Assembly: GCA_964291625.2 (NCBI GenBank)
Contig: OZ220089.1
Location: 736,001 to 800,000 of the forward strand
Origin: Candidatus Latescibacterota bacterium
Lineage (GTDB): Bacteria; Latescibacterota; UBA2968; UBA8231
Direction: 5' to 3'
DNA: 64,000 nucleotides
Shown: positions 55,550 to 64,000 of the stretch, piece by piece
Layout of the letters: every line of letters begins with the position of its first letter
How positions within the stretch are numbered: position 1 is the first letter of the stretch
The notes under the pieces: model-generated
The model's database searches: none
Told to the model about the DNA's origin: nothing
The model's input: the letters and a program-made list of their open reading frames with translations, nothing else
Translations under genes and position numbers: made by a program

Positions 55550-55953
55550 CTGGGTCGATCCGCCAGTCGATGCCGGCCAGCCCCGGTGGCAGGTCTGCCC
55601 GGGCCGCGGTCCGGAGGGCCAGGCGCAGAGTGTCGCCACCGAGGCGGGTCCACAGCAGCGTCTCCTGCCGCAGACCCGACGGGTCGGCAGACCAGATGGC
55701 CACCAGGCTGTCGGTCCGGCCCTCCTATTCCACCTCGATGCCGGCCAGCGCCTGCTGCTTCATCCGCGAACTCCATCCACAGGCCGCGGGGAAACTCCGG
55801 CGACTCGATCATCACCCGGCCGGCGGCATCGCTCACCGCCTGCGCCCGGCCGCTGCTGTCGGTACCGGCGGCGAAGGGGTACTCCGTCTGCGCTGACGAC
55901 GCGGAAGGTGTCAGCGCCAGGAGAAGCACGGCTCGAAGGGTCGTGAGGTACAT
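55550..55953 (-). pseudogene. Third LRR-family paralog, N-terminal domain only, frameshifted and truncated
   Basis: MYLTTLRAVLLLALTPSASSAQTEYPFAAGTDSSGRAQAVSDAAGRVMIESPEFPRGLW; frameshift near 55755; DNA similarity continues to ..IDWRIDP (~55552) and then stops. Confidence 0.85.
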
Positions 55954-56032
55954 GGAGGGCCTCAGGGCAGGAATACACCACCCGGCAGCCGTGAGCCGAC
56001 CATCTGGTCTCCCCGGCGCTCCTCCAGATGCC

Positions 56033-58381
56033 TCACCCGGAATCCTCCGGCCTCAGCACCTGCACCGTCTCCGCTTCCGCCTCGATCCGCGGCCAGTCCC
56101 ACAACTGCGGGATGTACTCCAGGTCCGCCCACTTCCGCGCCTGGTCGGCGTAGTGGTGGCTGCCGGGGTGGCCGGAGGCCCCCAAGGGCACGATCCAGAG
56201 GGAGCGGCTCCAGTCGGAGGGGTCGTGGATGTAGCGGTTGACGGACAGACCGGTGACAGTGAAGGGGCCCCTCGGCGGGAAGCTCCCCGCCAGGGGCGTG
56301 TCGGAGTCGCCGTGGACGCTCAGCGGCGGCGGGTCGAGCCACTCGGAGCACTTAGGATACGCGTCGGACAGGGGATGCCGCGGCCGGGTGCGGTGCAGGC
56401 GCCCCCAGGTCCAGGTGGAGATCTCCTCGCCTAACTCGGCGGCGAGGGCGTCGACGGCTTTCTCCAGCGCGGGGACGACGAGGCTGCTCCAGTCCTCCAC
56501 GGGGACGGGCAGCGCGGCGGGGTCGTCCTGCTCCATCGCCTTGTGCAGACCCAGGGCCGCCTCCCGCAGGACGGCGTCGGAGCCGGCGGCGCCCGAGAGC
56601 ACCTCGCCCGCCGCTTCGCCGAAGAGCTCCTCGATCACGCGCAGGATCATCCGCTTCCTCACCTCCGCGTGGATGGTGGGCGCCACCCGGTCGCGGTCGG
56701 CGCGGCCGTCCCATTTCTCGAGGACCGCCGCGGCTTCGGCGGCGCGGCCATTCAGCCCTTGGATGGTGCCCAGCACCCCGCAGAGCACACGGGCGGGGTT
56801 GGAGACCATGTCGGCGTGGATGGCCGCCATATCGTCGCTGGCGGCGCTCCCGGGCTGCAGATCGAGGAGGTGCGACTGCACGCGGCGGGCCCGGAAGTCG
56901 TGGGAGAAGTTCAGGCCCACGTAGTAGGGGTAGTCGTGGCCGGCGACTCTCTGGTTGCAGGTGACGGTGTACCCGCATTCGGGATTGATCGCCTTTGGCA
57001 GCTCGTCGTGCGGGATGTAGCCGTCCCACTCGTGGTCCCCGCTCCAGCCCGGCACGGCCCGCCAGCCGTTGGCCTCGCCCCGCACGGGGATCAGCCCCTC
57101 GTGCAGGTACCCGAAGTTCCCCCCCACGTCGGCCACGGCGTAGTTGTTGACGCGGTCGGTCCAGTTGCGGAAGGCGTGGTGCAGGCCGTCGACGCTCTCG
57201 GCCCTCATGGCGTCGCGGGCGGCGTCCAGCCAGGCGGTGCCTTCCCGCAGGCCGGGGTCGCCGATGGCGATGCCGTGCCCGGCGGCCGGGTCCCCGGCGA
57301 TCACGGGTCCGTGATGGGTGATGGTGATCTCCGCGGGCTCCGCGGAGCCGCCGCGGACGTCGATCGACTCGCGCAGGACCTCGGCGGGCAGCCACTCCCC
57401 CTTGAACTCGTACTCGCGCCCTTCGGCGGTCTCGCGAAAACGCTCGATGAACAGATCTTGTGTATCGGCGCCGCCGTGGGTCATGCCCCAGGCGACGCGG
57501 TCGTTGTGACAGAAGTGGAGGGCCCCCGGCACTCCCGGCACCGAGTGGCCGATGACGTGGACGGTGGGACAGGAGAGGTGGACCTGGTAGTAGACGGAGG
57601 GCACGTCCAGGCCGCGGTGGGAGTCGCCGGCCACCAGCGGCATGCCCGATTGCGTCAGCCCGCCGGAGATCGACCAGCCGTTGGAGCCGGCCTCGATCTC
57701 GCCCAGCCAGTTGGCCTCGCGCACGGCGCCGTCGAGGGCCCCCAGGCCGTCGAGAAGGGGCCCCTCGTACTCCGCCCCGGGAGGCACGGTGAGCAGATTG
57801 CCGCGTGGATACCCCTTCATTAGCTTGGCGAGAGGTTCCGCCAGGCCCCTGGCCGCCAGCCGCGTGCGGAACAGCTTCGCCTCGAACGTCCCCAGCAGGG
57901 TGTTGCGGATCTTGTACACCGCCGCGCAGTGCCAGTCCGCCCACGGCTCCGGTTCCTTCTCCAGGAGTGAGTATTCCACGGGCAGGGCGCGGGTCGTGTC
58001 GATGAAGGCGTTGACCCCTTCGGCGTACGCCCGGACCATGTCGCGGGCCTCGGGGCTGCTGGCCTCGAGATCGCGCCGGGCCGCCCGTCCCATGCCGGCG
58101 GCGCGCAGCAGCCGGTCCCGCTTCAGGCCGGCGGCGCCGACGATCTCCGACCAGCGGCCGAGGGCCTGGTGGCGGTCGGCGTCCATGTGCCAGAGACGGT
58201 CCTGGGCGGTGGCGAAGCCCTGGGCGAAGAACAGGTCCCACTCGCTGGCGGCGCGAATGTGGGGGATGCCCCACGAGTCGCGGAAGACGTGCACCGGCTC
58301 CCGCAGTCCGGGCAGCGACAGGGGCGAGGTCACGTCGGGCAGGGCGGCCTGCAGGTCGTGGCGGGTGATCTCTCTCGTCAT
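56033..58381 (-). CDS. Penicillin acylase family Ntn-hydrolase (cytoplasmic)
   Basis: RDSWGIPHI, AQGFATAQDRLWHMD, autocleavage GSNGW, AGDSH, GASGHPGSHHYADQ. Confidence 0.93.
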   Translation of the reverse strand: MTREITRHDLQAALPDVTSPLSLPGLREPVHVFRDSWGIPHIRAASEWDLFFAQGFATAQDRLWHMDADRHQALGRWSEIVGAAGLKRDRLLRAAGMGRAARRDLEASSPEARDMVRAYAEGVNAFIDTTRALPVEYSLLEKEPEPWADWHCAAVYKIRNTLLGTFEAKLFRTRLAARGLAEPLAKLMKGYPRGNLLTVPPGAEYEGPLLDGLGALDGAVREANWLGEIEAGSNGWSISGGLTQSGMPLVAGDSHRGLDVPSVYYQVHLSCPTVHVIGHSVPGVPGALHFCHNDRVAWGMTHGGADTQDLFIERFRETAEGREYEFKGEWLPAEVLRESIDVRGGSAEPAEITITHHGPVIAGDPAAGHGIAIGDPGLREGTAWLDAARDAMRAESVDGLHHAFRNWTDRVNNYAVADVGGNFGYLHEGLIPVRGEANGWRAVPGWSGDHEWDGYIPHDELPKAINPECGYTVTCNQRVAGHDYPYYVGLNFSHDFRARRVQSHLLDLQPGSAASDDMAAIHADMVSNPARVLCGVLGTIQGLNGRAAEAAAVLEKWDGRADRDRVAPTIHAEVRKRMILRVIEELFGEAAGEVLSGAAGSDAVLREAALGLHKAMEQDDPAALPVPVEDWSSLVVPALEKAVDALAAELGEEISTWTWGRLHRTRPRHPLSDAYPKCSEWLDPPPLSVHGDSDTPLAGSFPPRGPFTVTGLSVNRYIHDPSDWSRSLWIVPLGASGHPGSHHYADQARKWADLEYIPQLWDWPRIEAEAETVQVLRPEDSG

Positions 58382-58413
58382 CTCTTCATCTCTCGATTCG
58401 CGCAAGCTGGAAG

Positions 58414-59187
58414 GTGGATGATGTGTCAGGCGTAACCCCCGAGGAGAGGTTCCAGTTCGATCTCGAAGGCTATCTCGTGGTGCCCGGTGTGCTCGACCGC
58501 CGGGAGGTGGCGCGGCTCAACGAGCTGGCCGACGAGGTCTGGGCCGGCGAGCCCGGCGAGGACGGCCTGCGGCGCACGAGCCGGGTCTCGCAGTGGGGCC
58601 CCGCCTTCCGCGACCTGATCGACCATCCCCGCATCCTTCCCTACCTGGTGGAGTGGCTGGGGCCGAAGTTCCGCATCGATCACGACTACTGCATCTTCAT
58701 GAGCCCCGGCGCCAGCCGCGGCCATCTCCACGGCGGACCGGCGCCCCAGTCGGGGGAGGGCGACCACTGGTACCGCTACTACCCCGACGGCACGATCCGC
58801 AACGGCCTCACCGTCTTCACGTACAACCTGAGCGACTGCAATCCCGGCGACGGCGGCTTCGCCTGCATCCCCGGAAGCCACAAGACCAACCTGCGCTCCT
58901 CGGTTCCGCGGGAGGTGATGCGCTTCGAGCGCCCCGCCCACTACGTGCGGCAGCCGCCGGCGAAGGCGGGCGACGTCCTCATCTTCACCGAAGCGCTGAT
59001 CCACGGCACCCTTCCGTGGACGGCCAGCCACGAGCGCCGGGCCCTGCTCTACAAATACAGCCCCGGCCACTCCTCCTGGAGCGACACCTACTACGATCCC
59101 GCCGAATATCCCGGCGCGACGGAGCAGCAGATCCGCATCATGGCCCCGCCCTCCGTGGGCCGGCGGCCCGACTCGGTGCAGGCCTGA
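58414..59187 (+). CDS. Phytanoyl-CoA dioxygenase (PhyH) family protein
   Basis: FDLEGYLVV, LHGG, GGFACIPGSHK, KAGDVLIFTEALIHG, RRALLYKY. Confidence 0.9.
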   Translation: MDDVSGVTPEERFQFDLEGYLVVPGVLDRREVARLNELADEVWAGEPGEDGLRRTSRVSQWGPAFRDLIDHPRILPYLVEWLGPKFRIDHDYCIFMSPGASRGHLHGGPAPQSGEGDHWYRYYPDGTIRNGLTVFTYNLSDCNPGDGGFACIPGSHKTNLRSSVPREVMRFERPAHYVRQPPAKAGDVLIFTEALIHGTLPWTASHERRALLYKYSPGHSSWSDTYYDPAEYPGATEQQIRIMAPPSVGRRPDSVQA

Positions 59188-59408
59188 GTGGATTCCCCGG
59201 CCGCCAACCCTCTCAGGCCGGACGCCGTCAGCTCTTCATCGATAGCGGGGTGATGGAGGACCCGCGCGAACCGGACCCGGGGCGCCGCTACAAGATGCTC
59301 CACCGGGACCGGACGGGAAAGCGGGAGCCGGGCGTCGGCCCCCGCGACGACGCACGTCTCAAGCTCCACCTGCGATCCACCCGTCGGCACTCGTTTCCCA
59401 TCGACTGA
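59188..59408 (+). pseudogene. Collapsed remnant of a glycosyl-hydrolase-like beta-propeller gene
   Basis: Within ~70 codons: RRQLFID (N-terminal-type motif), EDPREPDPGRRYKML (internal motif) and RLKLHLR..HSF* (C-terminal-type motif). Confidence 0.4.
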
Positions 59409-59417
59409 GGACTCTCC

Positions 59418-62129
59418 ATGCCATCATACGACGATGTCTGGATCACCCGCGGCTTCGAGGCCTTCCGGCGGGGCACCTTCGGCAACGCCGGACAGAACCT
59501 CTACGTCTCGCGCGCCGGGGTCCTGCAGCGCATCCATCACCTCGACCTCAACCGCGACGGCTACGTGGACCTGGTGTTCTGCAACGCCCAGGTCCACATG
59601 GAGGCGCCGCCGGCCTTCGTCTACGGCGACGTCTTCGGCGCCTGCCACCGCACCGAGCTGCCCGCCGGCGGCAGCCCGACAGCGGCGGTGGCCGACATCA
59701 GCGGCGATGGCTACGCCGACCTGATCATCGGCAACGAGAAGAGCGGCAACGCCGGGCGCCTGAACGCCAACATCTACTTCGGTTCGCCCGAGGGGTTGAG
59801 CGAGCGCTACCAGACCCTGGTGCCCGCCCACAAGTGCACGTCGGTGGCCGCCGGCGACTTCGACGGCGACGGGCGGGTGGACCTGGCCTTCATGACCGAG
59901 GGCCACGTGCGCCTGTTCCAGCAGACCGAACTGGGCCTCGAGGCCAAGAGGTACGTCGACACCGAGATCGAGGGGGTGCAGCTCGGGGCCGCCGACCTGG
60001 ACGGCGACGGCCATGACGAGCTGATCGTCACTGCCGACGACCGGCCGCCCCGCATCTACTGGGGCGGCGAGGGCGGGATCGATCCCGGCCGCTTCACTCA
60101 GGTGCCGGCGCCGGAGGGCTGGGAGCCGCCCGGCCTGGCCGAGACCGAGCTGCTCTCCGAGGAGGAGCGGGTGGGGCCGGTGGCGCCCCTGGCGATCGCC
60201 CTCCGGATCGCCGGCGAGCGGCTGCTCTTCGTGGCCGGCGGCGCCTCCCAGTTCCTGGTGCCCGTCGGGGATGACCGCTCCTTCGGACCGCCCCTGAGCT
60301 TCGCCTGCCGCAACGCCCTCTCCGTGGCCGCCGGCGACTTCGACGGCGACGGACTGCTTGACCTGGCCTTCGCCTGCCGCGACGTGGACGGCGGCGACGA
60401 GTGCAGCTGGCTCTACTTCGGCGGCGAGAGCGGGTTCTCCGAGGACGCCCGCCTGGCAGTGCCGACCCACCGCGCCTGCGACGCGGTCCTGGCCGACCTG
60501 AGCGGCGACGGCGCATCCGACCTGGTGATCTGCCAGCAGCGGACGGCGCGGCTCTTCAGCGTCGACTCCCTGGCCTTCGCCGGCGGCGCCCGCCAACTCG
60601 GCGAGCCGGTGCGGCTGCCAGCCCACGGCGCCCGGCGGGTGCTGGCGGCCCGGTTCTCCGACGATCCCCTCCCCCAGGTGGTCTTCGCCAACGCCGAGGG
60701 CCGGCGCGCCGATCAGGGCGTGGACAGCTACCTCTACTACGGGGGGCCGGACGGGTTCTCGCCCGAGCGCCGCACCGAGCTGCGCAGCCCCGGCACCGCC
60801 GGGGCCCTGGCCTGCGACATCGACGACGACGGCTGGGCGGACCTGCTGTTCATCAACAGCTGGGAGAACGCCATCCACCTCGACGCCGGCTCCTACCTCT
60901 ACCGCGGCGGTCCCGAGGGCTTCCGCAACGAGCCCGACCTGGTCATCCCCACCCGCTACGGCTGGTTCGCCGCCATGGCCGACCTCGACCGCGACGGCTA
61001 CCTCGACCTGGTCATCTCCCATTTCCACAAGGCGGAGATCCACATCTACCGCGGCGCCCCGGGAGGCTTCGACCTGGAGTCTCCGCAGGTGTTCACCGTC
61101 CTGGACGGCCCCGGCGACTACATCCCGCCCCGGCGGCTGGCCCTAGCCGACTTCGACCGTGACGGGTGGCTGGACCTGGTCATCTCCGGCACCGGCCTGA
61201 ACCGCCTGGTGATCCTGCGCGGCGGCCCCGACGGGTTCAGCCCCGAGCGGCGCTGGACGCTGCCCACCTCCAACATCTCCGGCTACCCCGTAGCCCACGA
61301 CCTCACCGGCAACGGCTGGCCCGACCTCCTCCTCGGTGGCGGCAAGCCGACCTTCGGCCAGCCCCACGACTCCTTCAACCACATCTTCTGGAACGGTCCC
61401 GAGGGCCTGCGCGCCGACCGCCAGACCCAGTTGCCCTGCAACACCGGGCACCGGGTGGCGGTGGCCGACTTCAACGGCGACGGCATCCCCGACCTGCTCT
61501 GCTGCGGCTACACGAGCACCGTCGAGCGGGACATCGACGCCCTCATCTACTGGGGCAACCGCGAGACCGGCTTTCGGCCCGGCGACTTCACGCGGCTCCG
61601 GGCCCACTCCTCGGCCGGCTGCCTGGCCGCCGACTTCAACGGCAACGGCTACGTGGACATCGCCATCGCCAACCACAAGACCTTCGGCGATCACCTGGGC
61701 GAGTCCTTCGTCTACTGGAACGGCCCGGAGGGGTTCTCCGAGGAGCGCCGCACCCGCCTGCCCACGTCGGGGCCCCACGACCTCGCCTTCGCCCAGACCC
61801 GCAACATGACGGACAACTCCGAGCAGGAGTACTACGTCTCCGAGCCGTACCACCTGCCCGAGGGGGCCCGGGTGCGGCGCCTGGACTGGGAGGCGGATCT
61901 GGCGCCGAAGACCTGGGTCCGCGCCCAGCTGCGCAGCGCCTCGTCGCCCGAGGGGCTGGAGGCGGCGCCGTGGACCACCGGCCACGAGGAGGAGTGGCTG
62001 GAACGGGGCGAGGCGGTGCCTGCGGAGGCCACGCAGGGGCGGTGGATCCAGTACCGGCTGGCGCTGGGAGCGGTCAGCGGCGGGTGTACCCCGAGGGTGA
62101 GCGAGGTGCGGGTCGAGCACGGGGGGTGA
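59418..62129 (+). CDS. FG-GAP/VCBS repeat protein (903 aa)
   Basis: About 12 Ca-binding DxDGDGxxDL motifs alternating with Y(W/F/Y)G(G/P)xxG; GAGG RBS; no signal peptide. Confidence 0.88.
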   Translation: MPSYDDVWITRGFEAFRRGTFGNAGQNLYVSRAGVLQRIHHLDLNRDGYVDLVFCNAQVHMEAPPAFVYGDVFGACHRTELPAGGSPTAAVADISGDGYADLIIGNEKSGNAGRLNANIYFGSPEGLSERYQTLVPAHKCTSVAAGDFDGDGRVDLAFMTEGHVRLFQQTELGLEAKRYVDTEIEGVQLGAADLDGDGHDELIVTADDRPPRIYWGGEGGIDPGRFTQVPAPEGWEPPGLAETELLSEEERVGPVAPLAIALRIAGERLLFVAGGASQFLVPVGDDRSFGPPLSFACRNALSVAAGDFDGDGLLDLAFACRDVDGGDECSWLYFGGESGFSEDARLAVPTHRACDAVLADLSGDGASDLVICQQRTARLFSVDSLAFAGGARQLGEPVRLPAHGARRVLAARFSDDPLPQVVFANAEGRRADQGVDSYLYYGGPDGFSPERRTELRSPGTAGALACDIDDDGWADLLFINSWENAIHLDAGSYLYRGGPEGFRNEPDLVIPTRYGWFAAMADLDRDGYLDLVISHFHKAEIHIYRGAPGGFDLESPQVFTVLDGPGDYIPPRRLALADFDRDGWLDLVISGTGLNRLVILRGGPDGFSPERRWTLPTSNISGYPVAHDLTGNGWPDLLLGGGKPTFGQPHDSFNHIFWNGPEGLRADRQTQLPCNTGHRVAVADFNGDGIPDLLCCGYTSTVERDIDALIYWGNRETGFRPGDFTRLRAHSSAGCLAADFNGNGYVDIAIANHKTFGDHLGESFVYWNGPEGFSEERRTRLPTSGPHDLAFAQTRNMTDNSEQEYYVSEPYHLPEGARVRRLDWEADLAPKTWVRAQLRSASSPEGLEAAPWTTGHEEEWLERGEAVPAEATQGRWIQYRLALGAVSGGCTPRVSEVRVEHGG

Positions 62130-62142
62130 GAGCCCCGCCGCT

Positions 62143-63306
62143 TCAGATCACTCCCGACAGATCCGCCACGAAGAGCTGGCGCACGCCTTCCGGGGCCGCC
62201 TGGAAGCAGACCTTCCGGTAGTCGCGGCTCCAGACGGGGTGGCCGTCCAGGCGGAGCGGCCGCTGCTCGAGGGAGCGCTGGTCGATCGTCGGCAGGGCGC
62301 ACAGGCCGCACTGCCTCTGCGCGTGGAGATCCGCCAGGCGCAGCACCACATCCTGCCCACCGTTGCCGGCGAGATAGTCGGTGATCAGCCAGCGGCCCGA
62401 GGGCTCCACGCTCGGGTGACCTCCGCCCTCCAGGGTATCGCTCAGCAGCCGGCGGCCGGTGCCGTCGCGGTTCACCTGGCAGTAGCGGATCCCGCCCTCC
62501 TCCTCCACGTTGCGCACCAGGTGCTCGCCGTCCCCTTGCCAGTTCGGATGCCCTCCCCCGGCGTTCCAGGGGGAGTCGAAGGGCAGGAAGCACAGGTTGC
62601 CGCCGTCCGGGTCCATGGCGAAGGTGGCGGGGTTCCGCCCCCCGGAGCCGTCCGGGAAGAGGCAGCGCAGGACCTGCATGATGCCGGTGCCCTGGCGGTT
62701 GAACTTGGAGTGCCAGAAGTAGAAGGTGCCGTCCTCCCGGGGCAGCGGGCGCGGCAGGCGGGCGGCCGCGTCGGCCAGGCTCAGCAGCAGGGTGCGCTCG
62801 CCGGTGGCCAGGTCGGTGCGCCAGATGCCTTCGTCCTCCGCCGCGCCCGGAGGCAGACGCCGGGGCCGTAGGGGATCGGCGCAGGGCACGCCGTACCCCG
62901 GCTGGGTGGCGTCGAGCAGCTCCAGCGGAAAGCCGATGACGCAGGACTCGTCCGGGGCGATGTGGTACATCGGTCCGGCGAAGACCGTCCTCTCCCCGGA
63001 GGCGAGATCGATACGCACGCAGCGGGCCTCGCCGTCGACGACGTCGTTGGTGTAGAGGCGGCGGTCGGTGGCTCCCCAGTTGAGCAGCGCCCCGGTCTGG
63101 AAGCCCCAGCAGCGGGTGGTGCCGACGGTGCGGATCGACTGTTCCCGCAGGTCGATGACGCAGATCTGCGCCTCGTCCCCGAGGACCGCCAGGCGGTCCT
63201 CGAAGGGCAGTCGCGTCGCGGCCAGGTAGCGCTGGGAAGGGCTGAAGGGGCAGACGTCGTAGTAGGTGTGGACGTATGGCGCGTCCCTCGGAGTCACCCG
63301 CGTCAC
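62143..63306 (-). CDS. TolB/oligogalacturonate-lyase-like beta-propeller protein
   Basis: YYDVCPFSPS, WHSKFN, GGHPNW, GGHPS, LDGHPVWSRD..KVCF. Confidence 0.7.
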   Translation of the reverse strand: MTRVTPRDAPYVHTYYDVCPFSPSQRYLAATRLPFEDRLAVLGDEAQICVIDLREQSIRTVGTTRCWGFQTGALLNWGATDRRLYTNDVVDGEARCVRIDLASGERTVFAGPMYHIAPDESCVIGFPLELLDATQPGYGVPCADPLRPRRLPPGAAEDEGIWRTDLATGERTLLLSLADAAARLPRPLPREDGTFYFWHSKFNRQGTGIMQVLRCLFPDGSGGRNPATFAMDPDGGNLCFLPFDSPWNAGGGHPNWQGDGEHLVRNVEEEGGIRYCQVNRDGTGRRLLSDTLEGGGHPSVEPSGRWLITDYLAGNGGQDVVLRLADLHAQRQCGLCALPTIDQRSLEQRPLRLDGHPVWSRDYRKVCFQAAPEGVRQLFVADLSGVI

Positions 63307-63389
63307 GGGAACCTCGAAGGCGCCGGGGCGGAAGGGCTCGAACTCGCAGGAGCACTCCCCCGCGGAGTCGCCCCTCCCGGCCGGACGGG

Positions 63390-64000
63390 TCAGGGGGTCC
63401 AGGTCCTGGCCAGCTCGGCGTACTCCCGCGCCTGGCCGGCGATGTCGACACCCACATCGGCGGACCAGGCGTCGAGGATCTCCCGGAAGACGGGGCCGGG
63501 GCGGCCGTCCCCCACGGGGCGGAAGTCGAAGCGGGTGATCGGCACCATGCAGATGGAGGTGCTCGTGAACCAGGCCTCCTCGGCGCCGCGCACGTCGTAG
63601 GGCTCCAGGTCGGCCTCGACCACGGGGCGGCCGAGCTTCTCGGCCAGCTCCATGCAGGCGCCCCGGGAGACGCCGCGCAAGATGTCGTGGGGATGGGGCG
63701 TCAGGATCTGCCCGTCCTTGACCATGAAGAAGTTGTTTCCCGTGCCCTCGGTGACGAAGCCGCGCTCGTCGGTGAGCAGGGCCATGGCGCCCTCCTCCAT
63801 GCGGCTCACCTGCAGGTCGGCGCGCTTGTAGAAGATGCGGCTGCGGCTCTTCACCTTCGGGTCGATGTAGCGCGCCGGCACCGACTGCTGCTGGGGGATG
63901 ATGAAGTGGGCCCCCGACTCGTACTTGTCGGCCAGGCCGCCGATGTGGCGCACCAGGGGGATGACGTTGATCGTCACGATCGGGCTGTCGCCCTCGGGGA
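63390..64000 (-). CDS. Class IV aminotransferase (IlvE/D-amino-acid transaminase family), 5' truncated by the window edge
   Basis: DPKVKSRSR, TEGTGNNFF, ILRGVSR, EAWFTST. Confidence 0.88.
   Translation of the reverse strand, partial: PEGDSPIVTINVIPLVRHIGGLADKYESGAHFIIPQQQSVPARYIDPKVKSRSRIFYKRADLQVSRMEEGAMALLTDERGFVTEGTGNNFFMVKDGQILTPHPHDILRGVSRGACMELAEKLGRPVVEADLEPYDVRGAEEAWFTSTSICMVPITRFDFRPVGDGRPGPVFREILDAWSADVGVDIAGQAREYAELARTWTP

Overview
High-GC bacterial window. The gene content (FlgD-Ig sorting tail, TonB receptors, sulfatase, PhyH, internalin-type LRR proteins) suggests a diderm FCB-group organism such as Latescibacterota/Gemmatimonadota, possibly host-associated; this is inference only. 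From left to right: (1) a defence locus with Type I RM hsdR, then an M48/YgjP peptidase gene running in frame into a lower-GC nuclease-STAND (Avs/NACHT-like) ATPase plus a coupled partner ORF; (2) a membrane protein coupled to thyA; (3) a tight 7-gene, ~15-kb minus-strand operon combining a complete RND-MFP-TolC pump with an ABC-2 system, where one RND is fused to an ABC ATPase whose NBD is split by a 176-aa membrane insertion; (4) a 68-bp tandem array made from a gene's 3' end; (5) a sugar/amine catabolic cluster with a Thr-motif 'sulfatase'; (6) an IS3 element disrupting a TonB-dependent receptor, a DUF4249 lipoprotein and a second receptor; (7) a WYL regulator followed by small lipoprotein genes, with repeated TGCGAC-N7-GTCGCA palindromes in DriD/PafBC-like promoter geometry, a duplicated WYL 3' end and an orphan higA; (8) a VIT-vWA protein and tandem hypervariable LRR paralogs; (9) penicillin acylase, PhyH, FG-GAP, beta-propeller and class IV aminotransferase genes. 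The best candidates for undescribed systems are the RND-ABC hybrid exporter, the WYL-palindrome lipoprotein regulon and the peptidase-nuclease-STAND fusion. All assignments come from motif recognition by eye; no database searches were run.
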